The notes under the pieces were generated by a model, which was not told the origin of the DNA, did not search any database, and saw only the letters and a list, made by a program, of their open reading frames with translations. Below, in pieces: positions 1-14,200 of a stretch of DNA of 48,353 nucleotides (its first letter is position 1; every line of letters starts with the position of its first letter). Source of the stretch: Priapulus caudatus (lineage: Eukaryota); the NCBI RefSeq assembly GCF_000485595.1, contig NW_014577062.1, forward strand, positions 1 to 48,353, given 5' to 3'. The position numbers were made by a program, and so were the translations under genes.

Positions 1-2858
1 ACACCTCTTGACCTGTTAAAGACCTTGAATCGATATACCAACCACAAGACTTCTGCGCACTATCCCCCATACACATGCATTTCTAGCGGATGAGCCGCGC
101 GACCCCACGGATCCCCCACTACTACAATGACCGCAGCTATGAACCATTACGAAGCGGGCGAAATGGCGCTGCACCGATTTGTAACGAGTATTTCGTTTGA
201 CCTGGGCACACAATAACGAATTTCCTTACGAACGGACCGCTTTTAACACGTCGTCTCGCGACAGGCACGGACGACGCGGTCCGAGCGATGGACAGCGAGA
301 CCGTATGCGATATCATGTAAATATCGATACGAATTCTACAACTGACAATACTGAGATCTATCACCAGATGCAGCTCTAACAATAAGCACGACGCACATAA
401 CCCGCTAGAGCGCGATCACTGAGCCCTAACGAACTGCGCACGCGAGCGAGCTATGTCGCTTACAGTCTGGGAGAATTGGAGCGAGACGATCTAAACACTC
501 ACTGTGGCGTAGCGACTAGTAGCGCGTTATCGATGGCGCAGATCTGATGAACACATCTATTCCTCGCCGTTTTATACGTCGACTGAAAGCCGCAGGCTTG
601 ACAGCACCGTGTGCATGTAAAACACACACTAACACAGCCACCTTATAATATATGTTACACATTATCTGCACTCGCTCCTATCCATCGAGCCGCAAACCGA
701 CTCACGCCCAAACCAATGATGATTCAAGACTTCTCCAGACTAGTGTCTACTGGACGTTCCAGCATCTCCAAGTCTCCGATGACATGAGCGCCTCGACAAA
801 CGCCACTTCCAGCCTATCCGAGAGCAGCAAACGTACAGCGACCGGCCGCTAGCGCTCAGAGCTGCGCACATGCAATATTATTTCGTATTACACGGCGCCC
901 GCAATGGCGTTTGTTATATATTCGAATGGCCCACAGAAAAGCTCGCGAGGAGACATCGTGTCACGTTGAGCACGTATGTTCAACGCTGTATCTATCGGTA
1001 GAGAATTGAGCGCGAGCGTGATACTACGAAGGAATAACATGCACATTCGTACGACTGATCATTCTTCCATTCGAGTCTTCGATGCTGAGATCACACATTC
1101 CCCCTCCCTATTACCTACTCCCTGATTATATATATATAGATAAAGTTATACCGGACACGTAGAATTTTGACTCTGTTTATTGCATACAGAACTGTTTCGT
1201 GTGGAGCGAAAGCTGCCGGACTCATCAGTGCCTAATACAGAGTGATCTATTTAGAACATCCCAGCGGCAGTATATCCAAACCATCCACTGGAAACAATTT
1301 TTACTACTCAGCGTCTAAGCTTAAGTAGTGGGCGAAATGGCTGCACTTTGCAATCTGTTGGATAACCGAGCCACGGGAGCGAGTGCATAATAGAATAATA
1401 TCACTTTTATCACACGGCTCCGATTTATATACGAGCGAAGCGCGGGAGCGCGAGCGAGCGAACGTGGCAATGGTAAAGATCTGATAAAAAATTCACTCGG
1501 CGTCTCAGCATGCGCGACGCATCTCGATGAGTTCGCCGCAGAAGCCTATTCGTCTACATCACGAAAATGGATTGCGGCGAAAAGTGCGGCCAATGAAACA
1601 CGCGTCATATTCTAAGCAAACGTCTGCGGTCCGACGTTGACCTGGCCATAGAATTTCCTTCGCCGTTCTCATACGATCTCGCACCCATGAAGGCGTGTCC
1701 GGGCATCAGAGCAATCCGTTATAACATATAATTGCGCTCTATGCTACATAGGTACGTTATAGAGCTGACACTCTACATACATACTCACCGTTCGACTCTG
1801 ACAGCAACCGCACGCGATCCAGATCAACACACACACAATATTGCGCAGCTAAGCTACTAATTAGTATGGGTCGATATCGCGTCATGCATAACGAGTTTGA
1901 CGGTAACGTTGTAACACTTACGCGGCAATACAGATTCCTTTACTAATATAATCTAACGCACGCACGCACCGCACGCACGCACGCACGCACACACGCACAC
2001 ACATATATAATTCTACAGTATTCAATACGCAAGCAAATTAATTCATTAATTAATTCATTATTTATTCATTCATATTGAGGCCGTCCGCAAACATGATGCT
2101 CAACGAGCCAGTGAATAGGGAGGGACTCGCGGCATGTGTGACTGCGTCCTTTCCGGGCAAAGTTTATTGTCAACCCACGCGCGACGATACCTTACAAGCC
2201 TATAGAATCAGTTTGCTGTATCAGCTTGTGTGTGCACACATACATGTGACAGTATATATACACGCCCACACGCACGCGTCCACGCACGCGCGCCCACGCA
2301 CACACACACACACACACACACACTATATAATACCATACTGTCATCATATGGCCGCCATGCTGGGCGTAGAAAAGTGTAATTGCGCCCAGTTTTATTCTAG
2401 CATAACTAATTAATTTGTTTATACGCCTCATCGTTATAGTAATTGCCAACTTCACATATACGTCTAACACCACCTGCTTGTTGCTTCTCCTAGATATGAT
2501 CAATCTTGCATTGCTGAAGTACAGGGAAAATTCCAGTACAAATTCCAAACCACTTTTCCAGGCAAATATTTTGTTGAGTTTGAATTTTATTTTAATTTGA
2601 TAATAATTATATGGAAAGTATAAGATAACTGTACATATTGAATGTTACTGTAAAACTACAATTAATAAGCCTATAGACAGAAGTATAGGCGAAAACACAC
2701 TTACATGTTTGAAATGTTATTACATGTTGCAACAATTATTACAATAGAACTTCTACAATTTAGTTTTTGACACAAATTTTACAACACCATAGCCTGCCAA
2801 AATTGGTGATATTTTGGGTAATACATAAGTTTACAAGTACATTGGTACAATTCAATAC

Positions 2859-2987
2859 TTATATCACGTTCCCACCACTGCCAAACATCCTATTCCACTC
2901 CACATAAGAAACAAGATCTTTTTCAGAAACACTTGGGCGAACATGCTCCAACGCGTCCAAGAAATCTTGCATGATGATAGGCCGAAC
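2859..2987 (-). CDS. FIGNL1: FIGNL1 last coding exon
   Basis: ttttag|[42 protein letters not shown] (Vps4_C-like); TAA at 2859-2861. Confidence 0.93.
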   Translation of the reverse strand, partial: VRPIIMQDFLDALEHVRPSVSEKDLVSYVEWNRMFGSGGNVI

Positions 2988-5900
2988 CTAAAAAATTGAG
3001 TTTTGGCTTGAAAAAAATTCAACGAAAATTAAAGACCAGTTAATGAAAATTTCGCAGCATGAAGTAGCATCATTTCTCACTTTGTTTGCTTTCATTTTTT
3101 GACGATTTATTGATAATATTTGACATCATTTTGCACGGTTTCATTTCTATATTTGATTATTATATCACAGTCATTTGATTATTTGTATTATAATTTATAT
3201 AGTGTGAAGTGTTTTGCCCATAGTGAACGTGTGCTAACTGCTAAAATATGACCAATATAGAGGTGACACTGCACCCCTACCAAACAATTCTATACCTCAT
3301 CTGCTTTGATAGTTTCAATGTCAACGATGCTCCTGATTGGACCGAGCGCTGCCTCCCTGCAAAGGTTGGCCACATCTGCTCCAGAATACCCTAATTTAGA
3401 GATGATACATTACTTATATATATGTACACAAACACATACATATACACGAACGCACGCACACACGAATGCACGCATGCAAGCACGTTCGCACACGCATACA
3501 CACATGCAAGCACACGCACATATGCAGATAAGGTCTATGTCTCCCTGACCTCTGTTTTACCTGGCTCGTTTAGCTATTTCTGACTAACCCTAACCCTGGT
3601 AACTATCTTATATGGTTAGGGTTAGGGTTCGGGTTAGGGTTAGGGTTAGTCAGAAATAGCTAAACGTGCCAGTTCAAACAGAGGTCAGGGAGACATATAG
3701 ACCCTACAGGCCGCACATATACCGTAAAACCCAATAATGTGATAATTGAAGACCAAGAAATTTGATTGTGTAAAAAGTTGGGGTCGCATTATAGCAGGGT
3801 AATTATGTTTGAATTTTCTGTTAGTCAGTTATGCTATTACAGTAAAACTTGTCAAAGTCAACACTTTTGAGACCAGCATATTTGTGCCGACTTACGAAAA
3901 TGACGACATACGCGTAAGTCGTCATTTTGTCGACTTATATGTAAGTCGCCCAAATGACGACTTATGCGCGTATATCGTCATTTTGACCATTCACAAAGCC
4001 GGTATTTCAACGACTTGGAGAGTGTCAAGCTGATATTTCGCCAGGCTTTATCTCTACATTAACTACTTTGCGACGCGAGGCGACTGTTTCCACACGAGCT
4101 GGAAAAAACACAATGCGTCCAAGTGAACAATGCGAATGAAACAATCAGTGCACACAGCAACAACTCATGTAAACTCAGTTGCGCTATCTACAGGCGATCG
4201 TCGGTTTGACCTAAAGCCGGGCACACACGTGGCGATTTTTATCGCTAGTACTGGCGATCTTGTTGCCGGCGACAGAATCGCCGAGAGATCGCCACGTGTG
4301 CGCTGCATGGCGATGGCGATTTTGACGCCAGAAACATGTTTGATATTTGTTGCCGAGTCGCTGAACAATCGCCACGTGTGCGCTGCACTGGCGATGGATT
4401 CAGGCAACAGATTTTGGATTAACTAATCAAATGCATGATTTGAAGCACGTGATAATTGATGGCAGCGCCCTCGGTGTGGGAAAAAAGCAGGAGGATGAGC
4501 TTGTTGAAATGTGGCAGGAACGCCCGTGTCTTTTTGACATTACGAGTGACATTGCATTGTCGCCTGGGTCCGTGTGTGCCCAGCTTAAGCGCATATCTGC
4601 GACAGCCAGCTCGCACATCCCCTAGTCCGTACAATGTGCCATCGGCATTTCTGATGATGACTTACAGATGGGAAATTACTGTTGTTTGTATTACATGGGA
4701 CCTGTCTGAGGGCGACGACTTGCACATAATGACGGCTTATAAATGACGACTTAGGCGAGGCTATTCCAAAGGATTTACTATGAGAGAAAATCGGGACTTA
4801 TGCGAATTGACGAGTTAGACGATGACGACTTATGTGAGTTTACTGTATCACCCTGTTCTGGCCAATATGCATGTGAGATATAACTTAACGTTTACATATT
4901 AAAATGAAAGTGTCAATGACACTGGTGCTCAAAAAAGGGCACAAATGAGTGAGTGCGTCATTTTTAATTCAACAACCATCGACCTAGATTATATCAAACA
5001 AGAGTATATATGGGAGAACTCCAATTAATTATATAGCATATCTCCGATTATATACTGTTGATAATTATGTATGCGGAAAAAGAAAATGAGGAGAGGAGGA
5101 GGAGGAGGAGGAGGATAAGGAGGGGAAGGAGGAGGAGAAGGAGATGAATTAGAGGAGGGGGAGAAGCTGGTAGAGGAGGGTACAGTTATGGTTAGAGTTA
5201 AGGATATGGGAAAACATAAGTACTACTGTAAGAATAGCATAATATGGGAACACTACCCCTGTAAAGATACAGGTGTGTATCTTCAGGCTGAGAGCTAAAG
5301 ATACGTGTGTATCCGCAGCCACTGCCTATAATATACTAGGCAAATGCGCAGTTTAGCCACCACAGTTTTAACAGTATTTAGTGATACTATACTAAAGGTA
5401 TTAATTAGACTTCTAATTCATTCCTTCGTTGCTCTTAGCATAAAATAACTACTTTCTAGTAACGTATGTACTACAAAATCGCAACCCCCCCGCAAAAAAA
5501 TGCAGCAAACACGCAGTTGAGAATGACTCAAAAGTAGGTCGACTGGCATGCTCCAAAATAGGACCCTGTCATCTCTCCCATACAATTAACAACTGTTTTG
5601 GGGCTATAGCCTTACACATGGACATACCAAAATTTAACAAAATCCAACAAATCTAGATGGCCATTTTCATTTTTCCCAAAAAGTGGGCATGGATCGAAAG
5701 TAGGTCGACTGGCGTGCTCCAAAATAGGACGTTGAAATCTCTCCCATTGGAGTAACAACTGTATGCAATTTGAAACATGTGGGTCAAACTGTTCTTCAGT
5801 TATCGTTGACCGTAGGCAGACACTGAAATGCATAGTGAAATTGGCAAAATCTACCTAATTTGCATAATTTAAAAAAATATATCAAAACCCCTGTGATATG

Positions 5901-7479
5901 TTTTGGGGCCAGTCCTTATTCATTCACATACCAAAAATGAGCAAAATCCGTTGAACCTGAACTGACTTATGGCCATTTCCATTTTTGCCAAAAAAATGGG
6001 CGTGGCTCGAAAGTAGGTCAACTGATGTGCCCGTTCAGACCTCTCCCATAGGAGTAACAACTGTATGCAATTTGAAACATGCGGGTCAACCGGTTCTCAA
6101 GTTATCGTTGACCGTAGCCAAATGTTGACGGACGGACGGACATACGACGGACAATGCCCCATGGCAATAGCCCATCTTGACGATGTCAAGGTGAGCTAAA
6201 AATGGGGAAAAAGTATTGATTAGTGTCAGAATGCTATTAAATCATTCTGGCTTTCAATACTGAATAAGTAAACTGTAATTGATCAATATATGTTGCCATA
6301 TGAGAAATGCGCAGAAGAAAACAAAAGGTAAAAGCAAGAGAGAAGAGGACAAAAAGGAAGCCAAGTGATGTTGGTTTTATAATGGGGTTCTACTAAACTT
6401 AGTTTAAGAAACATTTTACAGATGATTTTAGAAGCAGTAAATGGGTGCAATAGGAGTAAATAACAAGCACATTTCTCACAGCTACCCTCAGCTTAGCCCA
6501 CCCCATCCCAGCCTAGCCTATCGACGACACTATTACTGATTGAACGCACCTTCGGTTTTACTAGCTATGCTCTCTAAATCTTCATTGATGAGCTGGTGCT
6601 CCTGGCCAGACAGTAATTTTTCTACAATCTGCTGTCTTGCCAGTACATCAGGCAGTGGAATGTACAGTCGCTTCACCAGCCTTCGCCTAGCCGCCTCATC
6701 GATCTCCTGTGGTCTAGAACATAGACAAGATGGCACATTCAGTGCTAGCTGATTGCCACGCATAGAGAAACCACAAAAATGACGTCGACAAACCATTGGG
6801 TCAGTCTCTAGAGACTGCACTTCACACGCACACCTCTGTGCAGAGAGTCTTCTACCTGTTTGTCGCACCAACGACGAGCAGGCGCTCGTCGTCGGTTGTT
6901 GTGGCGCCATCTAGCTGCACAAGAAACTCCGTTTTGATTCGGCGCGAGGCCTCATGCTCAGTGTCACTGCGCTGGGAAAGCAGAGAGTCGATCTCATCGA
7001 TGAATATCACGGCTGGCTGGTGACATCGTGCCACAGCGAACAGTGCTTTCACCATCTTCTCTCCATCACCAATCCACTTAGATGTCAGTGAGGATGCACT
7101 GATGCTGAAAAACGTCGACTTGGACTGGCTTGCGATGCACTTGCCTGTAAAACATGAAGGATGTGAGATTACAAGTACCACAAGTTGACTAGTGTAATAC
7201 CCCGAGCCATGGTACACACTCACACATAAAAACCACTGAAAGGCAAACAGCACAAAACGCTTTAAAAAACAATATATTTTTCCAATTTCTGTTGTTAGGT
7301 GGCACTAACAACTTTGAATCAAGCTGTATGATGGAAGGATTATTAATGTGTTCAGCAAATATCCAATAACGATGTAATATTTTCTACACGTTATAAGGCT
7401 CTTACAAATAGCAGTACATATACCATTAATAGCAAAGGATCGGATTAACCTATGTATATTAAAATATATTATATATATG

Positions 7480-7519
<40 letters not shown>

Positions 7520-8213
7520 GAAAGAGAGAGAGAGAGAGAGAGATAGGGAGAGAGAGAGAGAGAGAGATAATGAGAGAGAGAGCTAAAGAGAGAGAGAGGG
7601 AGGGAGAGAGAGAGATGGAGCGAGAGAGAGAGAGAGGGGGTATAGACCTTGCAGTTCAATATAATAGACAGGCAGTCCATAGATGCAGTCATAACTATAT
7701 GATTTAAACAAACTTATTTATGCTCTCTAATCAATATTCCTCAACACCTATTATAACCTTTCATAAGAATAATTGTTTTAAATGCAGATATAGCTTACCA
7801 ATAAGTGTTTTGCCTGTGCCTGGAGGACCAAAGAGCAGCAGTCCTTTTGGGGGACCTCTTAAGCCAGTAAATATGTCACTGCAAGGAAAATTCAAGTTTG
7901 TAATTTTCTTCCTCCATACTAAATTTGTTATCCATTCCTATTTATACATCTAGTATAATTTTTAATAAATCATGATTTACATATAATGAAGCTACCTATA
8001 ATAGTATACACATGATACAACACAGGTGTTTATAGCAACGTGTAATATGTGATAACGCTAACTATTGTAATTGTGCACATACGGTCTCAGCATTGGCCAC
8101 ACGACTATTTCCTTTATAGTTTTCTTTGCAAACTCCAGTCCAGCAATATCCTTCCAAGAAACATGTTGTCCATGCTCCATAATCTCAAAGTAAAAAGATT
8201 TTGTAAGCATTAA

Positions 8214-8253
<40 letters not shown>

Positions 8254-11200
8254 GGAAAGAGAGAGGGGAATATTATACAAGTGCCGCGGAGCGACAGCGC
8301 TCATCTCACGTCTACTGCGGTGACTCTGTGGTGGAGTGGTGGGATTCTAGTAAACCCTGTTAGTCCCAAATGTGTTCACATATGCGCCAAAACAGTAGAA
8401 GACACAGGGATGGTATCAGGAACCTTCTCGAAGGAATGTTCATTGGGATCGTTATGAAAGTTGCCACGAGATGGCGCAGACCGTACCTCGCCTACTCCAC
8501 TAACGATCGAGTCTATGGAGTCGCCTACGCCTACTCCCTAACCCTAACCATATCCATATCAGATAGTTACCAGGGTACGTTCCGGTATACCGGACCGTAC
8601 CCAGCAGTGGCGCCTGCAGATAGAAGCACTGAAAGCACAGTGCTTCCAGTAAATTTTGGGTTAAAAAATTTTGTTTCTACATTTTGTTCCTAAATCTCTC
8701 GCAAGACTCTCCAGATTGCATCGCCAGACGTCTACCATTCAAAAATTTTCAGGGGGAATTAACATGCCCCTGACTCCCCTAGAATGCAGCGCGCCTGCTT
8801 TTTATTATCACTGAGGATTTTATCCTTCTGTGCTTCTACTTTCTTAAGACCTGTGGGCGCTAGTGGTACCCAGGGTACGTTCCGGCAGTACCCTGGGGGA
8901 CATAGACCCTATAAGCCTAACTAAGTATGACTTCAAGTGCCTGTGCCGTGGGCCGTGGCGTCACACAGCCTACTAGCCCGACGAGGCAGTGCGACTGATT
9001 GTTTATAAATACAAAGTGATTAGCAAGACCGTTTCTTGGAGCAGTCTACACATTTACATAGCTATAGTACTAGAGCTACACAGTACACTGACACTATGTG
9101 TTACACATGCGTCTAAACAGAGGAATTGCTCCGACCTGTGATTGGAGAGGAAAAAAATAGAATTCGTGACGTTTCGTTCCACCGGTCATAGCCGCGCGTG
9201 TATTAGCCTATGAGCGATACCGCGTGTGCATATTTGCTAATTAATTAAACTAAGCGTGCTTCAATAGACTCAAAATTCACAGAGATTAAAGCTAAGACAT
9301 GTGTCTATAAGAGTAGTGTACATTAACAGCTAGAATTTATAGAAATGTAACTCAAATCGTTCACTCCATATAATAGTTAGTACACGTTCCTACCGGTCAT
9401 AGCATGCATTAGCACGCGTATGCGGCGGGAGTGGGCGGGGTCTATTTTTATCCTCCAATCACAGGTCGGAGCAATTCCTCTGTTTAGACGCATGTTGTGT
9501 TACGTGTCGTGTGTAAACAGGGCCGGCCACAGGATGCATGGTATGTCGTTTACACGGCTGCACTCTGCAGTCTCGGTCACTGGCAGCAAGAACAAGCCCG
9601 CAGGTACAGCACACATGCAGCCATTGACTATAATAACAACATTGTTATTATACGTTGTTATTATAGTTGTTATTATTATTATTACGTTACAACGTTGTTA
9701 TTATAGTCAATGGCCGCATATATATATGTGCTGTAGGCCTACGTACGGGCTTGTTCTTGCTGCCAGTGGTCTTGGTCTGCACTGCAGTGCGCCTGCACGT
9801 AAACCCCATCATTCAATGTTCGTAATTAACTCATGTCTAAATGGCAAGTACTATTATAACTACTACTACTAGTACATGATGCTATACACCGACTATCACG
9901 AGCCTAGGTCGAGCCGTTTAGATTTGTGCCGCAATTCTGCATTTCCTCCCTATACCTTAAGTTAAAGAGGGAATGTTCCCCCTTCTTTTACACCTCTTGA
10001 CCTTTGACCTTTGCCTCCCAGCTTCGACATCCCAACTCGTTTTCGGATTACCCCCCCACGTCCCAAATATCGTCACCGTACGTCGAGCGGTTAAGATTTG
10101 TGCCCAATTGTTGACGGACGGCTGGACGGACAATCATGCGATTCTACAAGCTGCACCTGACTACGTCAGATGAGCTAAAAATCACAGTTAGCACTGCAAT
10201 GAAGTAATACTCCTATTTTAAATACAATACTTCTTAAATCTACATCCATATTTTTTAACAATGATTAGCTATAGATCAATTTGTACGTGCAATGAAGATT
10301 TCGTTACAAATTAGCCTAGATACCTCCGATCTAACAAGAGCGACCATTTTTGGGTCAATGTGCCGTAGCCGTTCATCAACTTCCTCGTCCTCCAGCATAT
10401 TGTCTCCTGCCCCATCCCTTCTCATCATTGTCCCACCCCCTGAATCCTCTTGGTTTCGGCCCAGTACTGGCGGTATGAACTTTCCATTAGGAGCACGCCT
10501 AAAAAATGTAAAAGAGTAGACATTAAAACATTAGGAGTAGATATTAAATCCATTTTACATTCACTTGATTATAGAGAAATTACAAAATATGTCCCAAAAA
10601 ATAAATCACGGATCATAAATACTAGATATTCAACAAACAAGACATTGCTTAAAAGTGACACAGCAATTTATGTCTGACTGTCTGTCAAATAGATATTTTA
10701 CCTGGCTCCAAGTGACTTCTTCTGGTTGCCATATGATTGCACAGACAAGCTGCCAGAAGCTAAGCCATATGAATACTCCTCTCTCTTACCATACTTCGTC
10801 AGATATTCAGCTTCCTAACATACAAAAAAACAAAAGTATAAGCTCCAGGGCCTAATCCAAGCCATTTTTCATACCGAATACCGGCACCAAATTACGACCC
10901 CCTAGCAAAACGCCCAAATTACAAAATTCATAAAACGCCCAAATTAGCAGAGCTCTGATGCAGATCTCCATGTTTCTATCGTTATGTAGGCACTGTTTTA
11001 TAATAAAATGCTCATATAAGATCTAATATCTATTATCTGAATAAAATGTGTCGACCAAATGCCAAATTTAATCAGGAGTCGATCAATATTGATAGACTCC
11101 TGATTTAATGTGATAGATAAGTATATATATAATTTTTTTACACTCGCTACGCTCGCCATGGGTGCCCATATTAAGCAGCTAGATTAGCCCCTGAGCTCAA

Positions 11201-14200
11201 ACCAAAAAACAAACATTTCAATGATCTGTTAAAAGCTCACTGTTACATCTCAGTGTTTATACTATTGCTAGTTTTACCCACCAACTGCTGTCCTGCAGTT
11301 CTGAAGGAGGATAAATAAGCTTGTGGTTCATGGTCGATTCTTCTATTGCCACGCGTCTGCTTTAATTCCATTTCCAATGATCTACCACAGTCAGAAGCAA
11401 AGGAAGCAGCCTATAAGTATGGAAGATATACACGATTTAGTATTTTGCGGTTTTCTTGCAACTGACGTGACAATAGTTGTTGCGCACAAATTTGACACTA
11501 TACAACTATAGTCTCTTTTGTTTAACAAGTGCCGCAGAGCGACAGGGCTCATCTGGTGTCTGGTGTTCTGCTGATAAATTCATTTGTGCATAGCAAGACG
11601 CCCTATACATACGTTCATTTCCATCCCAAAAAAAACAACACTTCAAACTAGTGTCATAAAATTCCGATAGATGGCGGGCCGCTATCAAAGGCATCGTTGA
11701 ATCGGTCAGCAAAAGCATTGCAGCAATGGCAGCTGTCAGTGTGATGACGAATTGCAAAAAGCAGGAGCGAATAATTACCATATTATTACTATACATAACG
11801 TGCGTTCTATGGTGTCAGGTAATAAGGTACATTAAACCCCTTGCGAGGCACATCTGGCTCGTTAAAAATAGCTCAATGGTTGATACAACCAGAGGCAGAG
11901 CAGCTCGTGCAAGATTACAATTTACAGCAATACGATAATTTCAGTACAAGGTAGGCCAGTGATTAGTGGACCGAATAAGCTCAAGAACGTACACACTTGC
12001 GTCTATATTGGTGCCAAAATTTGATGAGAAAATTAAGTCTGGGAAATCCGCAGCCTCACTCCTGGGTAATTATTTGAGTGCTAGTGACTGTATCCCAACT
12101 ATTCATAATGTAGACTTACAGATTCTAGATATAAGTCATGTCATTTATCTCCTAAGTAAGCATTTTCAAGTAAGAATTAATGTGTCCGGAATTTCACTGT
12201 ATAAATGGGAGCGCTTTCCACAGACCCACAGGTACTGCCACAACGCAGTTGAGAGAAACAAATCCATGTATTAACCCTGGCCTCTTGAGGGTTAAAAGGT
12301 TATCCGACACTTACCTGCTTCGGCATGCTTCAGCGGAAAGTACATTTGGATGGTCTTTCAATGTAAAGCCATAAAAAATGCTCGGTCACCACTGAAACAA
12401 GAAAAAGTTTTTCAATCCTCTCGTCAGACCATGTGCCTCAGAAAAATGTCTAAAATCTGCCTGTGCCCATTGCGCTTTGACCCTGTGACGCTCCCAATTT
12501 CGGCACAGCTGATCGGCGTTTTCGCTACCATGATGCTATAGACTGGACTAATCACGAGCCTAGGGTGCCGAGCCGTTTAGAATTTTGTGCGCAATTCGCA
12601 TTTCCCCCGTATACCTTTAAGTTAAGGAGTGATATGTTCCCCCTTCTTTCTACACCCTTGATCTTTGACCTTTGAACCCCAGCTTCGACATCCCAACTCG
12701 TTGACGATTCCCCTCGATGTGCGATAATCGTGACCAGTACGTCGGAGCGGTTAAATTTGCTGCCAACTGTGGAGCGACGGGGACGACGGACGCACGGGAC
12801 GGCGACGCCACGCTCATGCAACTTCTACAAGCTGCCATCTGCACTATGTCAGATGAGCTAAATCAGTGTTTCAAGGACACACACAAAATACGCTACACAC
12901 ATTAAGCCACTGCCTAGCAAGTGATGTGCAACAATAATTACTTTCACCTCAACAGGTTCGGCTGAATCTCGTTCAGCCAGGCATAGGTGCAGATGGCTTT
13001 CTTCTACAGGCAAGCTTGCTGTTTTATGCATGATAAAGATCTGTAAAGCCAATACAATAGCTTCCCACAAGAAAAAAGCACTATGTAACTAAATAACTAG
13101 AGTATATATCACAGTATCTAAAGCAACGATATTCAAAATTTTGCAAGTTCATTTTCATTAAATAAATGTAAAATTCAAAATACAAATCAGCAAATACATT
13201 CTGTCTTCCTCTTCCTGTATCACCCCTGCATCTGGCAGTTTCTCCACATTCAGATCCGTGTCCTATTACCATTCGCAGTGAGCTTGAGATTACGACTTCT
13301 TGTCAAAAATTTCCGCCAAATCCTACGATGACGAACACTTACAACATGATTTCTCTTGGGCACTCTAGAATTGACTTTCGTACGAACTTCAACTACATGG
13401 ACTGATGATTGACTATCCGTATATATATACATGAGAAACTAATTTATTTAAAATTGATTGAGCTAATTCCAAATTGTAAAATCAAACCCATGACTCAACT
13501 GATATAATCTGGTTATATGTTATTACTGTAGTATCCTTCTCTGCAGGAGATTTTTGACATAGTGCATTTTTATAGTGATGCATTTAGCCATTTGTTACAT
13601 TATGGCAATAATTGTGCCAATGCAAAACCACCAATTTAAACCCATAATCATGCTTACTGCAAATATATTATAGCAAGTATGTGTAGTAAACCATTACATT
13701 TATATAGACATACATATACAACGGTACTCATGGTTGCGCCATCGTAATCAGAAATTAGCTGCCCTTTCTACCCAATCAGGGCTTGTTAACACATAATTTA
13801 ACCAAGACTAAATACTTTTTACTGCCAGTTAAATATAATTTACACCGCTGCCCACATTAGACCCCTTTTTCACCCACATCAGACCCTTAATTGTTACACA
13901 TGATTCTTTAAACCACAGATATAGATTGATTTGAAACCGCAGTTAAATTTATTATGTTACAATTACCTCTGATTGGTGAAGGCCCTATAACCTTTTACCG
14001 TGTTAAAGTTATTTCCTTACGCCGGGGTAAAAAGACCAATTGTTCGAAGTACAATGGCCAACCATACACGGTACGCCATGTGGAGCACACATACACACAC
14101 ATACATTATGCTGCCAAATAATGTTATGCGTCAATTGTATCTACTAATACGTAAAAGTAACCTTTTTCATATCAGAACTAGAGAAAGTTTATACTGACCA

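Larger units (their letters stand above)
8277..10180 (-). mobile_element. HINE/DINE-like Helentron derivative with nested MITEs
   Basis: Ends acaagtgccgcggagcgacagcgctcatct (stem-loop plus subTIR) and ...gacggacg...gtcagatgagctaaaa; same ends as the copies at 11524 and 43746. Confidence 0.65.

Noticed and set aside
12315..12392. Candidate FIGNL1 exon ending at a strong CAG|gtaagt donor
   Set aside because: Stops in all frames from the nearest acceptor, phase mismatch with the exon at 11410, and it lies inside a HINE element.
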